From assembly GCF_000150275.1 (NCBI RefSeq), contig NW_002060970.1:208197-272196 (forward strand): a DNA stretch of 64,000 nucleotides, read 5' to 3'. This document shows, in pieces, positions 24,820 to 37,200 of this stretch. The stretch's first letter is position 1; the number at the start of each line of letters is the position of its first letter. Source of the DNA: Trichoplax adhaerens (taxonomy: Eukaryota; Animalia; Placozoa). The translations under genes and the position numbers were made by a program. Under the pieces are notes generated by a model. That model saw nothing but the letters and a program-made list of their open reading frames with translations, did no database searches and was not told the DNA's origin.

Positions 24820-27800
24820 ATGGCGGGCAGAAAACATTGGCCTCGATTTGGCAGTTTCTTTGCTTTTCTCCTTGTTCTCCTTCTATGCAATAGGATAGTC
24901 AATGCCAAGGAAGAAGATGAAGATAATGGCAAAGACCGAGTTATGAAACGCTGTATCGACTGTCGTAAATTGGCTGTTTCCTTCGAAATTGTACGTATAT
25001 AATCAATCTGCTTGACCGATAACACTTACTCGATGGTATTACACCTTAGCATGCAACTTCATTCACTACTGTCCAAGATGAAAGCTAGCCAGAAGGATTA
25101 AATGGGTTACTTACTTTTATTATTCAAAGTACAGTGCACTTTACTCATCTAATATTCGTCAATGGCCCGATCATTATTCTTGACAGCATTTCAGAATCTT
25201 GTTTGGTATCCTGCTAAACTTCCATTGAAAAATTCACTGTGTCTGCAACGGAATCTAGTGTATTACTCTGCCAACCATTTGGCGTCGTTTCAAAGACTAT
25301 TTCTCGCTTTTTCATTATTTTCTCTTAATTTGCTTAGCCATTACTCTCCTTAGCCAGAATAATTCAATTGTCAATCAACCCGAATAACTGGCATGACTTT
25401 ATTAATGTGGTAATGTAAGGGGCCCGCTCTCTATTTTCTTTCTCCTCCACATTGCAACTCGCTCGACACAACAGTTAACTGCTTGTGTAAACTTGTAGCT
25501 TGTGTGAACTGACAAAATCATGCAGACGCCGTTTCGTACCTATCGTAGTCCTGTATATACCAGATATACTAAATGGACTAGACTAGTCTATGGGTAAACT
25601 GTGCGTAATTTAGTTTCGTACCTCTTTGCAAATGTCGGTGAAGAATGTTGACTTCCATTAAGTCAATACCTGACGTCAGTACCTGCAATGATTATTCTTT
25701 GCATTCTTTGGTAGCTAACATGATACATGACAACCCTAGCCCTAACATGAAACTTGCAATAATGATTGTATTTTTCTCTTAAGAGCCTCGTAAAATCTTT
25801 TTATATTTCAAAAGATGATGGCTGATCCTATTTCATGTACAGTTACAAATTGTGCAGCTTTGTTACACTTGTGATTATAAATTTTATTAGACTACAGAAA
25901 ACTGCGATCAAGTCAATTTCACGGACCCACTCAATCAATACCACACTGTAAAACTTCCGTGCTAGTGAAATTGACTTGATCCAAAAACTGGATAGGTTAC
26001 GGTATTCATAATTGTCCAAGTTGATTCCATTTTTTACACCTTCTTACCAGTGTTAAAAAATTAAATAAGGGTTATTGGTGATTCGTGGCTGTTGACTTGG
26101 GTTATAACCCTTTGTTACAGCCTACTATCTGACTTCGGCTGTATCTTTATGCTTGGGTTATTTAACCGGGGCTATAACCTACAGCCAGCTGACACTATGG
26201 AATATCGGACATGGCATTATATAGACCAGTCGAACATTTGCTTCCCGAACGGGATGCAATGGTACTTTTTACATGACATTATTAATGATACGGTGTTCAT
26301 GGAACTGTGTGTACGTATTTGCACAATACATCAAAGAACTTAAGAAGTGTATTCAACATCCAGCTGTGAGCTGGATCATACTTTCATGCTTAACTAGGCC
26401 ATTAAAGTTGTTTGCATGTATCAGATAGACTTGGTTCAAAAGTTTCATGTCGGCCTTTCGTTTCTACACTTGCATCTCCAATCGGATAGTGATTTAGCTT
26501 GGCATATTTGCTCTCTGACTTGCTAACATATAATGTGTAATGATATGCTTACTGCAAACCGAGTAATTTGTGCGTAACACTTGAAGTTAATTACGTAGCA
26601 GTATGTATAATCCATGGGTATATTTGCGAAATTTATTCTGTAAAGAGCCTTATGTATAAGACATTTCAGTATATCATGCTATCGTTGTCCATTTTAGGGA
26701 CTAGACTTGACAAACAGGAAAGGCTATGGAGGTGGTGATGTTGTCTGGGAAGAGAAAAAATTAGGAAAGTACGAAAACAGGTATGAGTAAATGATTTAGA
26801 TATCTATGTTTCTTCAGCTGATTATGTGCACTCAAATAGCAATCGTCATTTATTTAAAATCATATACAACTTGGATATTGTAATTGCAACTGCTGTGAAT
26901 TGATGAAGCAAAATAAAAGTTCCCATAATGCTAACGTAACATTGGGTTACACAGATTAGCAAAAGAACTAATTGTTTTAGTTTTAAAATAAGGAGCTGCT
27001 TCTTAAATACCGTGCGAACACATGCTGCTACGTGTACTGTTGTACGATATAATTAAATGACACAGTAAAAACTCGTATTGTTATTATTTCAGCGAATGTA
27101 ACTTTTGTTAGGCAATTTTAAACAAGCTCATTTGTAATATACTAGTTGATATCTGAAAGATCGTATTGTTAACTTGCATAAATGCATACGTGATGGGTAT
27201 AGAAAGAAGACAAATTCAAATGATACTGGTATTTATCATCATAATGACAATTGTTAACCATCTAAATTTTATTACTTTATAGTGAAATGCGTTTATTGGA
27301 TATAACAGAAAAGACATGTAAGCGAAAAGACTTTCAGGTAACTAATGTGCAATAATGATAATTATTACCAAAGCAAACTTTTTGCCATCGCACCGACAAT
27401 GTCTGCTACTTTCCACCAATCCGAAACACGAAGCAAAATAAGATTTTCCAGTTGCAATGATGTACAATGATTACCTTGCATAGCATGAATTGTAAATACA
27501 TAATCTGACTTCACGTGTATCGTTATTCCTGCGGTTATAACTAGTCGTGCACGTTTGACAATGAAACGAAATCAATTATTCATAAGTCCGCACATGTTAT
27601 CATTGATATGGTTACTTGGTTGTAAATGGTATAACGCGCTCTTTTGAAAAAATAGCAAGTACAATATAAATCGTACTGTAGGCAAGCCACTAAACACATA
27701 GTGATTTAGTTTCTTTCTGCAATCCAGATTTATAGCAATAACCCATTATTTATCTTGTATCTAAAAATTGTTAGTGTAATACAATGCTTGAAAATTACGA

Positions 27801-29207
27801 AGATGAAATCGAAAAATGGTTCTTCAAACTGTACGTTAGTAGTTTTAAAGCAAAAAATTGATAAATTGCATTGGTTATGCATTACAATGCTATCGATGTT
27901 ATTCCAATAACGACAAATCAAAACCTGTTTAAATATTGTCATCTTGATTAATGAATGAAATAAATAGGAGACAAGATGAAACAGATTTTGCCGAGTGGTT
28001 TTGTGAAAAAACGCTCAAAGGTGATAAGATAGATTACTAACATTGTGAGGGTATTGTTACTGTTGGCATGTCGTGTATGGTGCATATTTAATTAATTTAT
28101 TGATGCGAATATTTTTATTAAATTTAGTTTGCTGCCCATTTAATACCTTTGGCCCAGATTGTCAAGGTAAAAGAAATTCGATCAGAATAATTTTGTTACC
28201 TAATTTTTTATACAATTATCAACTTTTCTGAATTACTTTGACAACTTTTTGCGCCGCTAACATTAATCTTATTCTGATTAGCTTGCCCAGGAAATGGCGA
28301 ATTTAGTTGTAGTCAGCATGGGAAATGCCATGTAAGTACCTCATACTGAAAACTCCATGTTGTACTGGCTGGCCTAAATAATCGCTTCGTGTCGTTTCTA
28401 GGGAAATGGAACACGCTCTGGCAATGGTAGCTGTATTTGTGAAACTGGATATAGCGGATCAGTTTGTGAAAACTGTACTACGGGATATGTACAAAAAGGC
28501 TCAGAATGCAACGGTAATTATTAAAGTTGATCATAGATTCAGCAGATCTGTATAAACTGATAGAAATTGAATATTTCTTTCACTGCATGAAATATCCGAT
28601 AGCGTGCCACGTATCTTGTGATGGGGACTGTTTATCGGATGGTCCAAAAGGATGTATTAAATGTGCTTCAGGATGGACACATACAGAAGAATTAGGATGT
28701 ACAGGCAAGGATTTGTACCTTTTTAGCCGAATATAACGCCTTAATGATACTATTACAAGCGTTAAGTTCTATGTTGTTACTTCAGCCATTTAATTCTCCA
28801 AAAATGTTGCAAATCTTAATTCAAACATTGTCCTTATGTTCCCTGACAAATTAGATATAAATGAATGTGAAGCTAACGCTTGTGATGTTTCGCTTGAAAA
28901 TTGTGAAAACACGGAAGGTAGTTTCATCTGTACATGTAAAGAAGGGTTCCAGAAAGAAGGTGACGTTTGCGTTCCAGCTGAGCCTACTGAAGGAACTGAA
29001 AGCTCAACGGATGACAGTGCAGCTACAAATGGTATTGTATTTATGTTAACGTTATTAGTCGTAATGATTTTGTCATCAGTTTGGTATAGTATGGGAATCG
29101 TAGCATTGTTAGGTGTTGCCAGCGTCAGTACAGCTGTGTTGTTATCTTTGCAACCAGAAATTCGATTGTTATGCATAAATAGGCTGCGGACACTGTTTAA
29201 ATTTTAA
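24820..29207 (+). CDS. CRELD: CRELD (cysteine-rich with EGF-like domains), membrane-anchored two-TM isoform
   Basis: Exons 24820-24990 (signal peptide, CIDC CxxC motif), 26698-26780 (GYGGGDVVWEEKKLGKYENS, WE domain), 27283-27337 (EMRLLDITEKTC), 27775-27830, 27968-28020, 28128-28166 (CCPFNTFGPDC), then EGF/furin-like exons ~28282-28704. The last exon 28855-29207 carries the Ca-binding EGF (DINECE...CENTEGSFICTC) followed by two hydrophobic helices. Confidence 0.9.
25906..25981. repeat. Short hairpin / MITE-like element in CRELD intron 1
   Basis: Perfect 17-bp inverted repeat GATCAAGTCAATTTCAC (25906-25922) / GTGAAATTGACTTGATC (25965-25981). It is flanked one base out by GAAAACTG / AAAAACTG, a 7/8 direct repeat. 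Confidence 0.65.
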
Positions 29208-29808
29208 TTGAAATAAGATATGCAATCTAGTTGACCTTCGAATTGGCTTTCGTTATGCTAACTAGAACATTTAGTTGATTCTATTCTTAAATAATTGGCT
29301 ATCCGGTCTGAACAATTGCTCAATATTTCACTTTCATTTTTAAAATCACTAAATTCTTGATTTAGTTGGCATATGGTAGTAGTGTGGATTTTAAAATCTA
29401 ATCTATGACTAATTAATGGTAAATGCAGTCATTTAAGGTACTGTATTTATGTATTAATTGTCTTGTTTCCTTATCTTGAAATTACAAAACATTGTGAAGG
29501 TATTATTTTACAGCACGATGTTGTTATTTAAAATATTGCAGTAGATGAATGGAAAATATGTATTCGAACTGCAATTTTTGAATCCTAATTAATTGACTAA
29601 GATCGATGTAATTTATTGATAAAGAAATAGTATGGTGTGGGTAAATCATGGCTACATTTGCATTCTGTTTTTATGTTCTTTATCTATGATGCTATCAATA
29701 CTGTATAAGCTGTGAGAATTTGATTGCGATAAATGAAAGTTGTTTTACTGATTTGATTTCATCGACGATGTGAAATATATTTTCTGATTAAATTTTATAA
29801 ATTTTCAG

Positions 29809-29858
29809 CTGTTGAAGAGGAGAAAGCTGCGGAAGTTGACTCACACGAAGAATTATAA
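29809..29858 (+). CDS. CRELD: Alternative terminal exon of CRELD, soluble ER-luminal isoform ending -HEEL
   Basis: TTTTCAG acceptor at 29808. A phase-1 join to the internal donor AATG|GTATTG (29031/29032) gives ...AATN-AVEEEKAAEVDSHEEL*, a KDEL-like ER retrieval signal. Confidence 0.8.
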
Positions 29859-31208
29859 AATTTGATAGAAATGATATGACGTGTATGCTAGTGAGCTTAT
29901 TTATATTGCATTGATTTGATAGACTTCCATAATACATTTTAATGAAAGATAATTACGAGGAAGTGCTTTATTAAAGCTGTTTTATTGAGCCTACATCTAT
30001 TATATTTTTTCAATACCATCAGCATAAGCCTATACATGTGCCCATGTAACACCAATGTTGCTATAATGATGACAGATGTTGTAAAACTCTACATTTTAAC
30101 TGATCTAATTGTTATGTGTAACTGCCTTGACTAAGCTCTGTCTCCCTGTATAACATGTATAACGATTGCTTTTGATGGTTCATTCCAGTACTTCATTCCG
30201 CGGGTTCGCTTGTAAAACTAAAGAGACCCTCAGATGTTGATACATCCATTCAGTAGTTAGATCATACATACAAATTTAAAGAGAAATTAGTCTTTTTGAC
30301 TTGCAATAGTCGATTAATAGTAATAGATAACCTATGCTAATCATATCGAAATGATATCTAGTCGATTTTATATTAACGATAAAATCCCATATGCTTTGAA
30401 GTGCTTATTAATAGTGATAGTGAAAGAACTTCTTCCAAGTTATTGTGAATTTCATCTATTGTTGTGAATTTATTAACCAAGTTTGCCAAATATGGTATCG
30501 GCTTGAAACAAAATTTTTTTCATACCTTGGGATCGAAGATTAGTATTTTTAATGGTTAGTTCAGGATAATGTGTAGCTTGAAATCACCTAGTACTGCATT
30601 AACTAGCTAATAATTGATAATTAACGGAAGTTCAAATTTTAATGACTCGAAAACTTGTATCTTATCCTGTCGTCATTTGTTAGATGATGAGAATTAAAAT
30701 AATAAATAAGGATAAGAATTTTTTTATCATATATAACAAACATGAAGCACAGGTGTAAAACAGCTTAGGATCTCCTAGATACAGGACCTCTATTTAATAT
30801 AAATAATTCGATAGATTTACCATTACAACAACGAATCAATCATCATTTTTCAATTGAAGTTATACCGTGATTGGTCGCAATAATCTCATCATTACCGTTG
30901 ACGACAAATAATATAATATAATACACTATAGAATAATATACATGAATTCGGATAGACTGCATCCCGTTGCAATAAGCAGCTGGGACTGGCCATAGACAAT
31001 AGATATCATCTTCAATAGAATATCATTAAACAACAGGACGTATCAATTTATTTAAATTAATCCAATTAATCGTATTGGAATACTTGAAATTTAGCATTTG
31101 CAAACTACCGATCAAACATCATATAAGCATTATGCATCCGCTCTAAGGTTGAGATCGATAATTCTTCGATTTCATCCTTGAAAGGAGAGGGAAAATTCGA
31201 TCGACCAC

Positions 31209-34200
31209 ATGGCCATTACTACTCCAGTCGTTGCAATTTTAATTGTAGCGTGGGTAAGTAGACACCACGTTTGAATAATATCTATGAGCTGACTAACAAA
31301 AGCCAGCTAGTGATTTAGGAAAGTGAAAATTCCAGTTAAAAAATGGAGTCAGTGTCTTACAGTTCAGAAACAGATTAAAGGATCCATTACTTGAAAGGCG
31401 TCCATCATAGATTGATATTGATACTACTGCAGCTTTGATAACTTCCAGTTTGATTTACGTGTTACCTAAATGTCCAATAATTTCTAGATTAATTCTCGAC
31501 GGCCTTAATCAATTTTAATGCATAAATGTATATCTAACTTTAGCATGTAGTCAAATAATTGTACTGCACGACTGTATTATATCACAATAATTCTTGCATG
31601 AAAACGATCTAAAATTTTTACTGTTTCATATAAAATACTGTTAATAATATTCTAAGCATAAAACATCCCTGAAGTTAGACACATAATAATGGTCCAGCTA
31701 CGTAAAATAAGTTGTGCAGTCTAAAACTAGTTGTGGCGTAAAAATCATTCAAATGTCGTAGATAGAGTACCGTAATTATATTTATGCATGAAAAATTTTA
31801 GCTAAACGTCATTTACCTGTTAATGCCATTTTGGGGTGATAAATTGATACCATGTACGCTATCCGTAAGACTGCAGCAACTAATTTGTTAGATACCAGCT
31901 CATCAATAACGGTAGCGTATACCGTAGTTAAAGCATACCTTCACCAGTCAGCAGGAATCTTGCATATTTTTTAGCTAATAGCTGGTAGTAAATTAAATGC
32001 ATATCTTTGCATTTAGTACCAGCTACATTGTAATTATTGTAGCTGTTATATTGAGCCCGGATTCCCTTATTTCCCAAGAAGTCATTATTTTTTGCTATAA
32101 AGCGCTAATCAATTGTGTTCGACTATCGAATATCATAATCTTCGAATAACACAGATAATTATCTCTATTTGATTTTAGCAAGACTTTCGTTTTGTATCTG
32201 CTATGACAAGTATTGCCTTCAAAGTGTCTTATATTGCTAAATCATGAATACCTAAGTGCAAATTACATAACTACAAACTTTAACGATTTTATAGCACTGT
32301 TTATCTGAACCGCACTATAGTACTGCTTTGAAATCTGCTCAAGTAAAATAAATTGTTGCAGTAACTATAGATATGTTTGCTGTCGTAGATGCAAATTTAT
32401 GCTGTTAAAAATACTTGAAGCGAAGCTTTTAGATTTGTTGAGTAATATTTTATCGACCAACCTGCTATGAGATACTTGTTATTTCTGCGTTATGAAAATA
32501 GACTTAGATTTAAAAGTATAGCGCAAAACCAAGAGTAGTCACGTAGCCTTGAACTTAGGAAGTACCATACGTTACTTAAATATTTCATTATCCTTAAAAA
32601 TATTAATTAATTAATTAGGTATGGATCAATTTCACATCGACATTTTCTTCCAAATGCGAGTGCTGCAGTGATTGAAAAGTGCTTGCATAGAAATTATCAA
32701 AGACAGTAATTAAAGTATCAATGCAAAAGCAATATTTTTATATATATTATACGAACGAGATTGAAAAACAAAGTTTCTACATTAAAAAAGCAACCGAAGT
32801 AGTTAATTCTGGTTCTTTCTAAATATGTGCCATTTTAGGTTGCAATCTTTTAGGTCTACACGTAGCAAAATAATTCGAATCATGTTTACGTATTTATAAT
32901 ATTGATCGGTAGTAGTTATTTTCACCTCGATAGAAACAAGAACAGTAACCTAAGTAAAATAAATGAATCATATTGATATATTTCTATGTTTGAAATTGTG
33001 CATGAGCTCATTTCAGCCCTGGTTAGGGACCACTTAATTTGTAATTAGTATATATTGTCGACATGATTGCTGTCATAAATTCACAGCCTTGCATTTTCAA
33101 TAGCATAGGAAATTAGTAGAATTTCATTGATTAATAATTATTATTTGGTTTATCGAACCTTATAGACTAAATTATTTCTGCTTGATTAACTTTTAACAGT
33201 AAATAGAAAATGCTTTATACAAAGATAATTAATATTTTTTGACTTAATTCTATCTTCGAATTATCATCTATAGATTGTTTCGTATGGACTCTTTGCAGGT
33301 AATCCTCAAATCTGTTTAATAATTATTTATCTAGCATTTCGTTTTATTAATAAGTAGAAAGATAGCTGCAAAAGTAGGTTAAAAGGCTTCTTTTAATAAT
33401 CGTACCCCTACTGTGCATGAAACTTGGAGAAATTTAAATGTTTTAAAAGGCTGAAATTTTAATTACTTGTGAATAGTTAGGAGTAAATATCAAAGCCATA
33501 AAAGAGTTTGAGATATTAATTAATCTCGATATTTCATTTCGATATTATAGACGGTGCTGAAGTCAATACCACGGGCGTAGGAGGTAAAGTAAAGTAATAA
33601 TTAATATGCATATAAGATAGCCTTAATTATTCAGAAGTTAAATTCCAATGGCAGTGCAATTTTCTTTCGATTAAGTACTTACTATGAAAAGATACGAAAA
33701 AACTTTAAGTAACTTTTTATTTTAGAAATTGACAATAATAATTTAATTTACCTAAGATTTGATATAAAATTGTTAAAAGCATTTCAAATCAATTGAATAC
33801 AATGAATTGCTACTTGCTCGTTACATATTCAAATATTAAACTGTAACTCATTTATAAGCTTTCATCGACTTTGATATCATGCTTGCAATCTAAAACTAAT
33901 TTATATGACTTCTGTAAGCTTACAAATGTACATAACAATCATATCTGTTTCACTTTGCAATTGTAATCAATTAAATGTAAGGTACTGGCTCTTTCTTGTT
34001 ACTTTCGGACATTGTGATATGTATGTTTACATACATATATAAATTATGATATTACATCTACCATAAGACAAATTATCACACTGATTATAATGGAATTGTT
34101 GTTTTATCATACTAGTCGAACTCTTGCTCGTGATACTTCGTACTTTATACTAATACTTTTTATTTTGCATTTAGTATCCAAGTTTCTTTTAAATTTCTAC

Positions 34201-37200
34201 TCTTATTTAACGATAGCTTTTTTTCCTCAGCATATCTTGAAATATAGTACATGCCCAATTTGATCATATCTAGACATCTAATAAATACCTTTATAATTGA
34301 TAGACGACCTGCTATTCAATAGTAAAACGAAACTTTAACTTTAATTTATTTAGAAACAAATAATTACTTAATTTCATTTGATCATACCATCCCCTCGAGC
34401 GGCTATAGAAGCAATCATTAAGATGTTTGACGACCATAGCTTTCTAGCAAATACCTAAAACGAAGCCATGATGTAATCTGACAATCAGAGTAACGGAATT
34501 ATATTCCATTACAGCATATTGCAGCACGTACAAATTCCATATCCTTAGATATGTTCCAATCTATTACACGAGTCATATAAATCTTATTTATTAACTAAAC
34601 TTCGATATCAAAAAATATCTTGATAATGCATTTATGATAATATATTATTTCAAAGAAGTTGATGTTTAAGGTCGATATTTTGTTTGTTAACGGCCTATTT
34701 AGTAAATGGATGATTACTTTATGTGAGAGCTGTTATTGTTAGAAACGAACAATTTTTAAAATAAAAGAAGTAAAACTTTTTGTAGATTGTAACAATATGA
34801 TATTGTTATCTAATTGCAAAATTACCGTATACAGTATGCTAGCTAGTTTTTAAGAACATACCTGCCTTATCGCTAATACAACAAAAGATGTTTTGTAATT
34901 TATTTCCATCAATTTTCATAAAAGAAACTGCATATTACATCTGATTGAAGTTAAATGACAAAATGAATTTATCTTCTATCATCTAAATTCATTTACCTAC
35001 CGGATAAGATAGGCATCCATCTACAATTACCCTTCCATCTTGTTTGCATAGTAAATATCTACTAGGTCAAAATAGATATAGATATGCAGTAGTTTTTTTA
35101 TTGCAGATAGCTTTCATTGCTATGACAACTTATTTTATTTTTCTTGCCATTATTCCTTCGATTGTTTCGGTACCATTACAATTTCCCGATCATAAATCAA
35201 TATCGAATTCATTATTAATTGAATGTTTCTGATTGACCTTCAGTCTATTTGCCAAGAAATTGTATCTAAGAATGACTGATAGTAGATTTTGCTTGTCGAT
35301 TATAATATCAAAATTTTATTGGATATCTATTGTGATACAATAATTTAGATAAGAATAATAGATAGGATTCAATTATTATTACTCATCGCTTTTTATCATA
35401 TTTTCTTAAGATAAAGTTCATGATGGTTCATCGTCAATTATCTTTGAATTTATTTCCGTAATACTAATCTAGCTTGAGTGGATACAAAGTGTGATTATAG
35501 TTAAAACATTTGCGTTAAAATTGATGCTAATTAATTCTAATATAACAGCAGTCTTGTCATTCTACGTTTTAACGAGGTTACTTATTTTTAATCTAAAGTA
35601 TTTCTTGCAATTTTTCATAAACTAAATCCTGAAATATGTCCGTTAAAATCCTAATGATGCTTAATGTCTTCCATTTTTTACTTTAGATTGCCCTTATTCC
35701 TGGTATAAATATAACAATTCGACATGTATACGCACAATAAATATGTTCAAGAATTTCCATGATGCTCAAGATTATTGTCGTGAACGCTATAATGCCGATT
35801 TAATCTACCTTGACACTCGACAAAAAGAAGAATTCGTCACTCGTTATGTGATCGATTGGAATTTCCCTGCTTACTGGATCGGATTAAAATATCAATTAGA
35901 TCTGCAGTTACAATTAAATTATTTGTGGTTGGCGACAAATTATACTCTCCAAGACTACGGTTATACTAATTGGCATAGCCAAGGTCATAATTTAAGTTAT
36001 GGTCAATGTATTATGACGTTAAATCAAGGCCAACAATGGACCTGGGAAAATAATGGTTGCCATGATGAGTTTACATTTATATGTGAAGCGAGTAAGTTGA
36101 GTAAATAAATCTCTGACATTGAATGATATCAAATGAATACATGTTGATACATATTATCACTGATTTCTTACTTTCCGATGTCGTCTTAAATAAATACTAC
36201 GATAGTTTAAATAGAATAGATCGGATCAATAAACTTTAATCACGAATATAGTTCAAATTAGCGTTGTTTATTTAATTGATTGGCTAAACTTTGATTAATA
36301 CCGATGAAATAGCCTTTTCAGTAACAATAATTGATGTTATAGATTTTATTCACAAACCGAAGTCATTTACTTTGCATTTTTATTTGATATCGTAATAATT
36401 TCACTTTTGATATATCAGTAAGGTAAAGCAATTAATTAGTTTATTCGTAAAGATATTAGCCTAGTGACAATTATAAAGAGTCTTCAGACTATAAATGATT
36501 GTACAATCTTGTAAACAGCGAACTTAATTTACCAATATATCCTCTTTCTAAAGTTTTCAATTCTTACTAAATCATTAGAATATTCGTTAATGATGTCATT
36601 GCATAGTGCTTGATGATAAAAAATGAACAAAATCAACGATTGAAATAATTTCACTATTCAGCTTTGATTGACATAATCAATGTCTGGATTAAAATAAAAG
36701 AAATTGTTAATGTTGAATTGCAATTATGCATGTACTTTCAGATATAACAGCTTTGGACGTTTACAAAGGTCTCAATTATACATTTACGTCCAATATTACC
36801 TTCATCAATTATACTGCACCTAGCCCGCAGCCTCTCAATATTTCTATTAATCTTACCGGTAAGAATTATTTTATGATATTAACTTAGTGAACTTAGAACA
36901 ATGAGTCAGCTCTAATCCTTCAATTCTCTCTTTCCTATCAATTATATATTTATAATTATTCTTTAGATATTGACTACCAAAAACCACTTATACCGACAAC
37001 GCCCAAACCTGTACAGGGTAAGGCTTATAATCTAGAGCTTTCTTTTACAATGCAGCATCTGGATGTCTAATTATAGTGATAGGTTTTTATCGTAACAGAT
37101 TAACACAGAATTACTGTTACTAACTAATATCATTACACTAACATAAGCAAAATATGATACTAATTTCAGGAGACTATGTCAGTACTTTTAGCACAATCTA

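Noticed and set aside
35044-35232. Hydrophobic ORF that could be the aGPCR-2 signal peptide
   Set aside because: It has no good phase-1 donor to join CTLD1. The 31209 plus 33274 exons fit the phase and mirror the paralogue.
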